Below are positions 50,764-58,708 of a stretch of DNA of 64,000 nt, piece after piece. The stretch's first letter is position 1; each line of letters begins with the position of its first letter. The stretch covers positions 1 to 64,000 of IMG/VR virus record IMGVR_UViG_3300044643_002008; one strand, written 5' to 3'. The notes beneath the pieces are model-generated. The model had not been told where the DNA came from. It worked only from the letters and a program-made list of their open reading frames with translations, and did not search any database. The DNA comes from a virus. The position numbers were made by a program, and so were the translations under genes.

Positions 50764-51889
50764 TTATTTCCTCTGCCTCTATGGCTTCTTGAACGGTATA
50801 CGCTCTGGTTCCTGGCCCAATTGGGTTTACTGAAGTTGCGCTTATCTCATTCATAAGCAAATTTCTAATAAGCCAATGAAGTGGATATGCCCTAGGGTCT
50901 TTGGCGTGTTTTTTCCTAAACTCAGACGCATAGGACATAGCTCGCTTTTTTAATCCGGGCGTTAAAACGTTTTCTTCAATGCATCGTTTAACCCCATCCC
51001 ATCCGTCTGAGGAGTATCGCATGATGACTGCCTCAATATTGAATTCTGGCCACCAGCGGCGCTGGGCGTCTATCTGAGGGAAACAGGTTACAAGCCGGTC
51101 GTAGAATTCTGGCTCAGTAACAACTACGTCTCCTATTCGGCGTATGGCGACAGAGTGAAGAGGAATACCAACCCGGGCATTGCTTCCAGTTAACGCGGCA
51201 TAGTCGTAGTACTCGCAGTAGTTTGCACCATGCTCTTCTGCCACATACTTGAAGACGTCGTCCGCTGTCCAGTCATAAATAACCTTTGCAAAACGCAGGG
51301 GTATGTTTTTACGCATTTTATATGGCGTAACAATGTAATTCTCGTGCAGCTTTTGAACGCAAGAGCGATATCTAATCATTGACTCGTTTGCCCTGACGCC
51401 AGTCAAAAAGGCAACTTTGCCCTTCTTTCCCTGCATGGTGTAGTAGTCGATTGACTCTGGAATTTTCTTGTCAGGGTCGAGACCAAAGTGCTCTGCGGTT
51501 ATTGCCCACTCAGGTATGTCTCTAACAAGCCTGCCTTGCTTCTTTCGCATTCCAGACCACAGTAGACAGTACTCTCGCCTGCCAAGAACCCATACCTCTT
51601 GGCCAACAGGAAGGCAGTACCACTCCATGTCAACCCAGTCATAGTTTCTAACTTCTTCCATGAACTTAACAACAGAAGGGCTGACCATTTCTTCGTCGCG
51701 GAAAATTACCTTCACAGGCCCAAGTCCGCGTTCTTCGTGTATTTCTTTGGCAAGATACAAAACTGCAGTGCTGTCTTTTCCACCGGAAAACTGAACACAC
51801 ACTGTGTCAAAAGTGTCGTAAACGTGCCGAACTCGTTCCCTGGCAGCGTCTACGCACGAGATGTCCAAATAAAGTTTTTGTCTAGACAT
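50750..51889 (-). CDS. PAPS-reductase-like PP-loop protein, IbrA-like
   Basis: FSGGKDS, FRDEE, G.RA.ES.R, IYDW...DV.KY. Confidence 0.88.
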   Translation of the reverse strand: MSRQKLYLDISCVDAARERVRHVYDTFDTVCVQFSGGKDSTAVLYLAKEIHEERGLGPVKVIFRDEEMVSPSVVKFMEEVRNYDWVDMEWYCLPVGQEVWVLGRREYCLLWSGMRKKQGRLVRDIPEWAITAEHFGLDPDKKIPESIDYYTMQGKKGKVAFLTGVRANESMIRYRSCVQKLHENYIVTPYKMRKNIPLRFAKVIYDWTADDVFKYVAEEHGANYCEYYDYAALTGSNARVGIPLHSVAIRRIGDVVVTEPEFYDRLVTCFPQIDAQRRWWPEFNIEAVIMRYSSDGWDGVKRCIEENVLTPGLKKRAMSYASEFRKKHAKDPRAYPLHWLIRNLLMNEISATSVNPIGPGTRAYTVQEAIEAEEINANL

Positions 51890-52142
51890 TTTCTTCTTCT
51901 AGTTGTAATTGTTCTGTTTTAATCATCGACTTAATAATCCTATGAAGGTCCATGAGTGCAAGCGTTGGGCCTGTAAATAGTGCGGTTTCAATATCTACGA
52001 AAGACCGAAAACTACATGAAGCAGTCCATGCTGAAGGGTCTTTCATGTTTAATGAAAACATAACCCCATTAAGCGAGAACCATCTCGCATAAGAAATTAT
52101 GTCCGAAGGCTCAGCAAGAGGGTTAGTAGTCGGCGTGAGCAT
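51882..52142 (-). CDS. Hypothetical protein
   Basis: Overlaps both neighbours. Confidence 0.55.
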   Translation of the reverse strand: MLTPTTNPLAEPSDIISYARWFSLNGVMFSLNMKDPSAWTASCSFRSFVDIETALFTGPTLALMDLHRIIKSMIKTEQLQLEEENV

Positions 52143-52923
52143 CTATAAACTCCATCAATCGTTGTGCTGTTGTGTCGCCTTCATATACAGGTGAGGACTT
52201 TAAGAACCTAATGAACTCATACCATTGGCGCTGTTGTTCGGCGTCGTCAAAAACTAGAGTGTACTGAACAACCGCTTTCGCAGCCCTGGACAGACCCACA
52301 GCCGAGCTACCCAAAGAAACGGCATCTTCAATGTTGACGTTGTCTGTAGCCGTCAGTCTGGCTTCTCCAGATTCGTCAAATTTTGCTGTCACCTTCTCTG
52401 AAGAAGGGCGTTCTTCAAGCTTGTTTGGCATGGGCATAACCATTTCTGGCGCTATGTACCCAGTGCCGATGTCTGTATCCATTTTGGATGCGTAAGACGA
52501 AGTTTCGTCTAGTGCCGCCATCTCAAACTCATCCCAGCCGAGACCATCGAGAAGTTCAAAATACTCAGGTCGTATGTCGTCAAGAAGGTTAAAAAGTTCC
52601 GACTGCTCTGTATGTCCGAGCTCCATCGTTCGGTTGTCAGCGAGCGCAAATGCTATGGCTCTAGAATCGTCTACCGACATTTTTACAGCGGCAATATGTG
52701 TCCAGCCAAGCTTTTTTGCCGCCTGAAGCTGATGGTTTCCAGCAATTACAGTGGAAGTTCCATCTTCGTTTGGTCTAACCACTATTGGCTTGACTTGCCC
52801 AAACTCGGCATAGGACGAAGCGATGGCGTCAACATCACCACGACGGGGATTGTTTTCTAGCTGAACAAGAGTATCGACATCCATGAGAAGACTATTTAGT
52901 TCTTCGTTTACGTTGTGTTTCAT
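52123..52923 (-). CDS. ParB-like N-terminal domain protein
   Basis: NPRRGD, FGQVKPIVV, VIAGNHQ, ADNRT. Confidence 0.85.
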   Translation of the reverse strand: MKHNVNEELNSLLMDVDTLVQLENNPRRGDVDAIASSYAEFGQVKPIVVRPNEDGTSTVIAGNHQLQAAKKLGWTHIAAVKMSVDDSRAIAFALADNRTMELGHTEQSELFNLLDDIRPEYFELLDGLGWDEFEMAALDETSSYASKMDTDIGTGYIAPEMVMPMPNKLEERPSSEKVTAKFDESGEARLTATDNVNIEDAVSLGSSAVGLSRAAKAVVQYTLVFDDAEQQRQWYEFIRFLKSSPVYEGDTTAQRLMEFIDAHADY

Positions 52924-53267
52924 TACATCACCTGTGCCCTGACGTTTGCATTAAGTGTTCGAAGCGCATCAATGCTCGTGCGCAGTGAAGTCAGCTTCTC
53001 GCGCTTGGATTTTACTAGAGCCTCAGCAATTTTGTAGTCAAGCATTTCGTCACCAAGCTTGTAGTCCGACCAAGCTTCTCGCTCCTTAATCGAGCCCTTA
53101 GCGGAGAGGTATTCCTTTGCCCAGCTTGACTTATAGAAGGCTTCCTTCTTTGCCGAGTCTTGAGCAATCGTTTCAAAAGCTTCTGTTTCCTCTTCAAGCA
53201 TTCCCATTAAGCGAAGCAGCTCTTCTTCTATTTCTACTTGAGAGATTGGCTTATTGCGGTAGTTCAT
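52923..53267 (-). CDS. Coiled-coil protein, possibly UvsY-like recombination mediator
   Basis: All-helical; next to RuvC. Confidence 0.5.
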   Translation of the reverse strand: MNYRNKPISQVEIEEELLRLMGMLEEETEAFETIAQDSAKKEAFYKSSWAKEYLSAKGSIKEREAWSDYKLGDEMLDYKIAEALVKSKREKLTSLRTSIDALRTLNANVRAQVM

Positions 53268-53802
53268 TTATTCCTTCTAGCGGAGACCAGTCAATTGTTT
53301 GCAACGTTGACATGTTTACTTCTGGCCAAGTGTACTGACTTAACCCAAGATGCGCTAGACCCATTTGCTCCAAAATCCAGGCATCACACATGTCATCAGA
53401 ACCAGAACCGGCAAAGACAATTCCGGTCTTGGCAGAGATTGCGGACATAACGTCGTTCTTTGAGGAGTTGCCTTTCCCTGTAGCAAATTTTGCGCGACAA
53501 GTAGGCGGAACATCAACATATTTTATGTCGTTTTCCCATAGCTTCATCCTTACACACCCTCCAAGCTCTCCGATGCTGTGTGCACGAGAGACACGGGAAG
53601 CAAATGCGTAGCTTTCAATTATCGCACAGCTAATTTTTCTTTCTAGACACAAATCTAGAATAGTTGTAGAAATAAACGAAAGTCTTTCTGCTTCTTTAGA
53701 TTTTGTAGATATTACAAAAGTTTCGCCACCAATAGACACACCGGTAGAGGTGAGTGATAAATCGAGGCCGACCAAACTTTTTAATGACACGCCAGGAACC
53801 AT
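53251..53802 (-). CDS. ruvC: RuvC-like Holliday junction resolvase
   Basis: GLDLSLTSTG, IESY, K.ATGKGN..K, DDMCDA; start uncertain. Confidence 0.85.
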   Translation of the reverse strand: MVPGVSLKSLVGLDLSLTSTGVSIGGETFVISTKSKEAERLSFISTTILDLCLERKISCAIIESYAFASRVSRAHSIGELGGCVRMKLWENDIKYVDVPPTCRAKFATGKGNSSKNDVMSAISAKTGIVFAGSGSDDMCDAWILEQMGLAHLGLSQYTWPEVNMSTLQTIDWSPLEGINELPQ

Positions 53803-53896
53803 ACTATACATGGATGTAAAAATATCGTTAACAGCTACACGGATATAGATGATTATGATATATGATTTAATCGCAACCCTCAATCAAGGAGACACA

Positions 53897-54244
53897 ATGT
53901 CAACAGCAGTACTTGCACCCACAGTGGTAACACTTACAATCCCTGGAACGCTTGCAACAACTAGTCTTGTTTCTGTAGCTCTTCCATTTAATGGCAAAAT
54001 CACTGGCGCATACGTCGCTGTGACTGGAGCACCAGCAGGTTCTGCCCTCACCGCAGACCTTAAGGTTGGCTCTGACGTCGCAGCAGCCTTCTCAATCGCA
54101 GCAGGCGGTTTTGCAGACGCAGGAACGCTTACAGCAGTCAACTGCGACTTCGTCGCCGGCGACCTTATTCACCTCGACGTGTCGGCAGTTGGCTCTGGCA
54201 CTGCAGGCTCAAACATGACAGTGGCATTCACTGTTGTTCAATAG
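53897..54244 (+). CDS. Ala/Gly/Thr-rich beta protein, possible capsid decoration/cement protein
   Basis: AAGGAGA RBS, its own terminator, structural-protein-like composition. Confidence 0.55.
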   Translation: MSTAVLAPTVVTLTIPGTLATTSLVSVALPFNGKITGAYVAVTGAPAGSALTADLKVGSDVAAAFSIAAGGFADAGTLTAVNCDFVAGDLIHLDVSAVGSGTAGSNMTVAFTVVQ

Positions 54245-54260
54245 TCAAAACACAATTTAG

Positions 54261-54290
54261 AAAGAGCGCTCCTTCGGGGGCGCTTTTTTT
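54261..54290. terminator. Rho-independent terminator, likely bidirectional
   Basis: AAAGAGCGCTCC-TTCG-GGGGCGCTTTTTTT (C-UUCG-G loop) between convergent genes. Confidence 0.85.
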
Positions 54291-54294
54291 ATTT

Positions 54295-54597
54295 CTACTC
54301 GTCGTATGCGTGTTTTGCTAAACCGAGGTCAAACGCTAGTTGTGGGTAGTTGCCGATACGGGAATGGCAAGGTCTACATACGCACATCAAGTTTTCTTCA
54401 TCCAATATGGAGCCACCCTGAGAGCGTCTAACTATTTCGTGAACGTCAACCGACCGGTTTCTTTGGTACGTGACAAGACCGTCATTTTCCGCAAATACAG
54501 GACACGCCTCGCACATTGGTCGCTCTTCAAGCATCTTTTCCACAAGAGGCCGACGAAGTCTATATTCAGCTTCTTTTTTCTTTGACCTATGACGCAT
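54295..54597 (-). CDS. HNH-type endonuclease
   Basis: CEAC...DVHE..RSQGG...NL..CRPCH. Confidence 0.8.
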   Translation of the reverse strand: MRHRSKKKEAEYRLRRPLVEKMLEERPMCEACPVFAENDGLVTYQRNRSVDVHEIVRRSQGGSILDEENLMCVCRPCHSRIGNYPQLAFDLGLAKHAYDE

Positions 54598-55105
54598 ATG
54601 CGTTGTTCTCGGGTTTTTTGCTATTCCCAATAGCGTCAAATTCCCAGGAGTTGTTAACCGCTGCCCAAAGTGCTTTATCTATGTCTGTTGGCTCAAGGTC
54701 AAACCTATCCATCAGTTCGCGATGTTTTAAGATGGCAGCCTTTAAGAACTCGGCATACCCATCGGAACTGCTTTCGCCTGATTCAATCATCATCGTCACT
54801 TCATCAAGACGTTTTTCAACATGAAACTTAAAGCGACGTATCTTTGACTTCTTGGCCGCGTAGTGCTCAATTGACTGAGAAAGAAGAAATACGCCGTCTT
54901 TGCCCATATTGGTGTACCTAGAAGCGTCGGAGCTTTCATCATTCTCAATTAGAACAATTTGCTCCTCAAGGTTAGAAACCAGGGCGATTAAGCCTCGTTG
55001 CCACCTGTTGAGATTTGACTCCATACAGAGATATTCGCGCTGCGCCAGGGATGCATTGTTTTTAACATCCTCCGCTATAAGTCGTGCAAATGCATCGTCG
55101 TTCAC
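54587..55105 (-). CDS. Hypothetical helical protein
   Basis: GTGA-coupled to the exonuclease gene. Confidence 0.7.
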   Translation of the reverse strand: MNDDAFARLIAEDVKNNASLAQREYLCMESNLNRWQRGLIALVSNLEEQIVLIENDESSDASRYTNMGKDGVFLLSQSIEHYAAKKSKIRRFKFHVEKRLDEVTMMIESGESSSDGYAEFLKAAILKHRELMDRFDLEPTDIDKALWAAVNNSWEFDAIGNSKKPENNAYAS

Positions 55106-55908
55106 TTTTTACCGTTCCATTGAGGGCATATTGTGTTCTTGAATGTACACCAGTCGCACAGCCGATGAGGGATAGCCTCCCATTCGCCAGAATCGCATCG
55201 CTCAACAACGCCATCCCATACCTTGCGAACACGCTCGACTGTATTTGTTAAGTGTTCCGCCGTTGGCTTCATTGTCATTATTTTGTTGTCTTTTAAGTAA
55301 ATGAGTTGAAGCTCGTCGACCGGTTTGTCAACATCGTTGCTTAGCACCAGAGCATAAATAAGCAACTGCATAAACTTGTCGCCGGCGTATCGAGGGTTTG
55401 GCGATTTTCCGGTCTTGTAGTCGCTGATGACTAGGCCAGAAGGAGATTCTGACCACCTATCGATAAAGCCCTTTATCTGGACTCCATCAATCTGACCATT
55501 TAGCTCTGTTTCAATTCCAGCAGGAACAATCTCCAGAGGGTTCTCTACAAGAAAAACATTTTCAATACAAAACCATGATTTCCAACGAAAGTTGTTTATC
55601 TCTTTGTCTAAAGAATGTTTACCTGTTTTGACCTGAACTGACTTAACAAGTATTGGCTCAACTCGCTCCCGCCAATTACTGTTTTCCCAAACTTCCGCAC
55701 TAATGTTTTTTACGGAAAAAATAGTCCTATCTTCTGGCTCCAAAGCATAGAAGTTTTCAAGAACCTCATGAACGAAGTTTCCCATCAGGGTTGCCTCCGT
55801 TGGCGGCTCTGGCATCTTGTCAATACGTGTGTACTTGTATTTAAGAGGGCATTGCTCAAACGTGGAAATAGACGAAGGAGATAAATATGGAGGAAGAAGG
55901 TCAGTCAT
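55102..55908 (-). CDS. PD-(D/E)xK RecB/Cas4-like exonuclease
   Basis: SPSS..CP, G..H, E, GFIDR, DYKTGK, QL.IY, CDWC..C. Confidence 0.9.
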   Translation of the reverse strand: MTDLLPPYLSPSSISTFEQCPLKYKYTRIDKMPEPPTEATLMGNFVHEVLENFYALEPEDRTIFSVKNISAEVWENSNWRERVEPILVKSVQVKTGKHSLDKEINNFRWKSWFCIENVFLVENPLEIVPAGIETELNGQIDGVQIKGFIDRWSESPSGLVISDYKTGKSPNPRYAGDKFMQLLIYALVLSNDVDKPVDELQLIYLKDNKIMTMKPTAEHLTNTVERVRKVWDGVVERCDSGEWEAIPHRLCDWCTFKNTICPQWNGKK

Positions 55909-56560
55909 TTTCGCCGGTTTCAAAAGTGAGGAAGAGAGCCTTCTCCATTAACGCTTCAAGGTCTGGCTCTGTTGCGGTCACCTTTGTTGGCTTTGGTCGT
56001 CCGCCTGCGTATTCGGCCCAAAACGCATTCAGTTCTTTCTTCTGCGAATCATTGAGTGCTTTGGATACGGACACAAAATCATCCCAAAGCTCTGCAACCA
56101 CTGGGTCGATTGACTGAATGATTTGTTGCTCGCGTTCGGCGGCTACTTCTTCAAGCATTGCCTCTTCTGAGCGTGCAAGGTAAAGGCCAACGCCAATAGT
56201 TTGAGCGGCTTTCTTTAGTGCGTCAGATACTGCGCCCTTCATCTCGTCACCAAGGTCAACAATTTCTCCAGCCTTTGTGCGCTTGATTTTTTGACCACCG
56301 AACCCGTCGCGAGAGATGGGAAAAACAGCATCAGGGCAATACCACGTCATTCGCACGTGAGCGACGATGTAATCAGGGTCAAGTGCGTCGCGACCGCAAG
56401 AGATGATTTCAAAAGACCACTTGTCTACGCCAACAACCTTGTTCAGTCGAGTAATTACCTCGCTAACAGGAATGTACGTAAGGGAGGTTCCGCCCTTTTT
56501 GAGCTGACGCTCCATTTCGCGTGGAAATGGTTCACTGAGCATTGAATAGATATCGGACAT
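55901..56560 (-). CDS. Rad52/Rad22-like single-strand annealing protein
   Basis: PF, LTYI...V..RLN, W.FEI, KGA.SDALKKAA..G.GLYL. Confidence 0.88.
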   Translation of the reverse strand: MSDIYSMLSEPFPREMERQLKKGGTSLTYIPVSEVITRLNKVVGVDKWSFEIISCGRDALDPDYIVAHVRMTWYCPDAVFPISRDGFGGQKIKRTKAGEIVDLGDEMKGAVSDALKKAAQTIGVGLYLARSEEAMLEEVAAEREQQIIQSIDPVVAELWDDFVSVSKALNDSQKKELNAFWAEYAGGRPKPTKVTATEPDLEALMEKALFLTFETGEND

Positions 56561-57076
56561 TTATTTCACCTTTGGTTTACGGACGATAATGCTCGTCTTT
56601 GGTTCTAACACTTCACAGTAATTATCAGCATTTACGCCAATAGTAAAGAGCTCTTTTACTCGCCAGTAAGATGGCTGTACAAAACGAAGAACTTCACTTA
56701 TTAGTTCTTCTGTCGATTTTTGTGATTCGCCTGTTTCCATGTCAATGTTTGTCATAATTAAACGCCTGGCTATTTCTCCAGCGAGCTCGTTGTGTTTCCA
56801 CGCGCGCCTATCGCTAGCAACTTTTTTCTCAATGCGAATACCGTCACCAAGGTCTACCTCAGGAATATCGGCCATCTCCCTATCAAGCATGGCCGCGACC
56901 GTGTCGTACATTGCCCCAATGCTTGCTTTGGCTGTGTACATCGTGAAAAGCATTTGTGCCACTTCTCGATAATCTGGCGATTCAGAAGAAACTGCAGCAG
57001 AGATTGCCGAGTCAAGTTCAAGAATTGCATGGTCAAGAGCAGAGACCTTAGAGGCCACATCGCTAGAAAATGACAT
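56561..57076 (-). CDS. Hypothetical protein
   Basis: R.AW.H and YWRV.L..G...D.YCE; upstream of the SSAP gene. Confidence 0.7.
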   Translation of the reverse strand: MSFSSDVASKVSALDHAILELDSAISAAVSSESPDYREVAQMLFTMYTAKASIGAMYDTVAAMLDREMADIPEVDLGDGIRIEKKVASDRRAWKHNELAGEIARRLIMTNIDMETGESQKSTEELISEVLRFVQPSYWRVKELFTIGVNADNYCEVLEPKTSIIVRKPKVK

Positions 57077-57110
57077 TTTTTCCTTAATAGATAGATATTG
57101 CTAGTAGTTG

Positions 57111-58415
57111 TTAAACGAGGATAGCAACAGGGCGGCGATATGGCAAGCCCAATCCAGCTAAAAATGTAAAAGCTCCGACTGCGGAGTCGACCTGGTCGTC
57201 ATGGTTGCACGCTTCAGGAAATGATGAAAGTTCGTCTAACCAGTCGCTCAGCCATGAATTACGCACTATTCGTACGTTTCCATTTGCAACTGCTGCTGCG
57301 AAAGGACGAGCGCGAGTAATTTTGTCTCCAGTGGCCCTAATCCCACCAAAGTCATACCCGGCGAGGATGTATCTGGCGTACTGGTCAACCAGGGCTTTTC
57401 CGGATGAACCCGGTTCCTGCTCCATTCGAATCTGAACAGCTACGCCATCTTCGTTTGCGGTCTGGGCGATTAACTGCTCAACCTTGTCGCCCTTGACTCT
57501 GGCCCGCTTTACGTCGAGAATATAGGCAACCCCCTGGTCAAAAAGCATTAATGTACCAACGGTCCAGTCAGGGTCTGGATTTGAGTGGTTTGGCTCAGTG
57601 GCAGCCAAGTCCCAAAATCTGACCACTCTTGCCTGTGGTGTGACAATTGGCACTTCGTGGGGGTCAATAATAACAAAGGAAGTTCTGTCAAACAACGAAC
57701 CCAGGGTCGTAGCCCACCAGTCGCCCTCTTCAAGGCGACGACGCTCAATCGGGTCAAGGGAAGCCAGAGCCTGGCGGTATGAGTCGGCGTCGATTCCGGG
57801 GTTGTCTGTAAGGAGGGAGGGTACAAATATTCGGTTTGTAGTCTCGCCTTCCACGATAAACCTCTGTCTTACCCAGTTTGGCGCAGGGTTAGACGCGGCT
57901 CTCATTCGCAGAGGAACCTTGGCTAGCTCACCACTATTAGGGCGACGAAGACGAGAGAAAAGGTATCTGTAGTCAGATTCCCGGATTTCCGTAACTTCGT
58001 CCATGCCAATGAACTGGAATTCCGAACCCTTGTAGCGAAGGTAGTCATTTGTGTTGTTCAGGTATCCAAACGAGATTCTTGCCCCAGAAGGGAATGTAGC
58101 CACATAGCTATTAGCGTTCCAGTGGACATCGTCATAGTTTGCCATCCATGACCTAAAACGGTCCATGAGAGCTCCAGGAAGCGAAAGGTCAGCGAAGGTT
58201 CGACGGAAAAGAATTGCCGAGTACCCAGGAACGTCAACATACTGCAAGGCCGACATTAGAAGCGCAGAGCTCTTTCCTCCACCAGCAGCACCACCAAAAA
58301 GGGCCTCAAGAGTGTTTGTTCTCAAAAACACTTTCTGAGTGATTGATGGCTTTTCGGCACAGTATTCGGATATTTTGGGCTCCAAATATTCCAGTACTTT
58401 GTTCCAGTCGGTCAT
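57111..58415 (-). CDS. terL: Terminase large subunit
   Basis: GGAAGGGKS (Walker A), MDEVTE (Walker B), ASNP, WDLA, HDDQVDS. Confidence 0.95.
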   Translation of the reverse strand: MTDWNKVLEYLEPKISEYCAEKPSITQKVFLRTNTLEALFGGAAGGGKSSALLMSALQYVDVPGYSAILFRRTFADLSLPGALMDRFRSWMANYDDVHWNANSYVATFPSGARISFGYLNNTNDYLRYKGSEFQFIGMDEVTEIRESDYRYLFSRLRRPNSGELAKVPLRMRAASNPAPNWVRQRFIVEGETTNRIFVPSLLTDNPGIDADSYRQALASLDPIERRRLEEGDWWATTLGSLFDRTSFVIIDPHEVPIVTPQARVVRFWDLAATEPNHSNPDPDWTVGTLMLFDQGVAYILDVKRARVKGDKVEQLIAQTANEDGVAVQIRMEQEPGSSGKALVDQYARYILAGYDFGGIRATGDKITRARPFAAAVANGNVRIVRNSWLSDWLDELSSFPEACNHDDQVDSAVGAFTFLAGLGLPYRRPVAILV

Positions 58416-58482
58416 TGCTTGCCCTTCGAGGTGTATAGGTATAGATTAGTATGCAACAAGAGAGATTGAGGAGCAGTACCTA

Positions 58483-58698
58483 GTGTCCAGTGTAAAACAG
58501 TCGTACGTGTCAAGAAAAATTGAGCCGCTAATTAAAAAAATTAAAAAAGGCTTATCTAGACGGGCAACCGCCAATCTAATGATGGTTTCGTTTATACTGT
58601 TTACTGCTATTGGATGTTTTTTGGTGTACGTGCCCGCTGGCTTCATATGTGCCGGCATATCTTGTGGTTTGTTCGGTTTTCTTCTAGGACAGGAATAA
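58483..58698 (+). CDS. Small membrane protein upstream of the portal gene
   Basis: Basic N-terminus, two TM helices, GAGGAG RBS. Confidence 0.7.
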   Translation: MSSVKQSYVSRKIEPLIKKIKKGLSRRATANLMMVSFILFTAIGCFLVYVPAGFICAGISCGLFGFLLGQE

Positions 58699-58708
58699 AT
58701 ACTAAATC

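Noticed and set aside
50750-51889. PAPS reductase as a sulfur-assimilation auxiliary metabolic gene (cysH)
   Set aside because: Length, pairing with an IbrB-like ParB gene and lack of a C-terminal ECG[LI]H motif fit IbrA-like proteins rather than CysH
55102-55908. Cas4-like nuclease as part of a CRISPR-Cas system
   Set aside because: No cas1/cas2 or array; it sits with an SSAP as a standard phage exonuclease-recombinase pair
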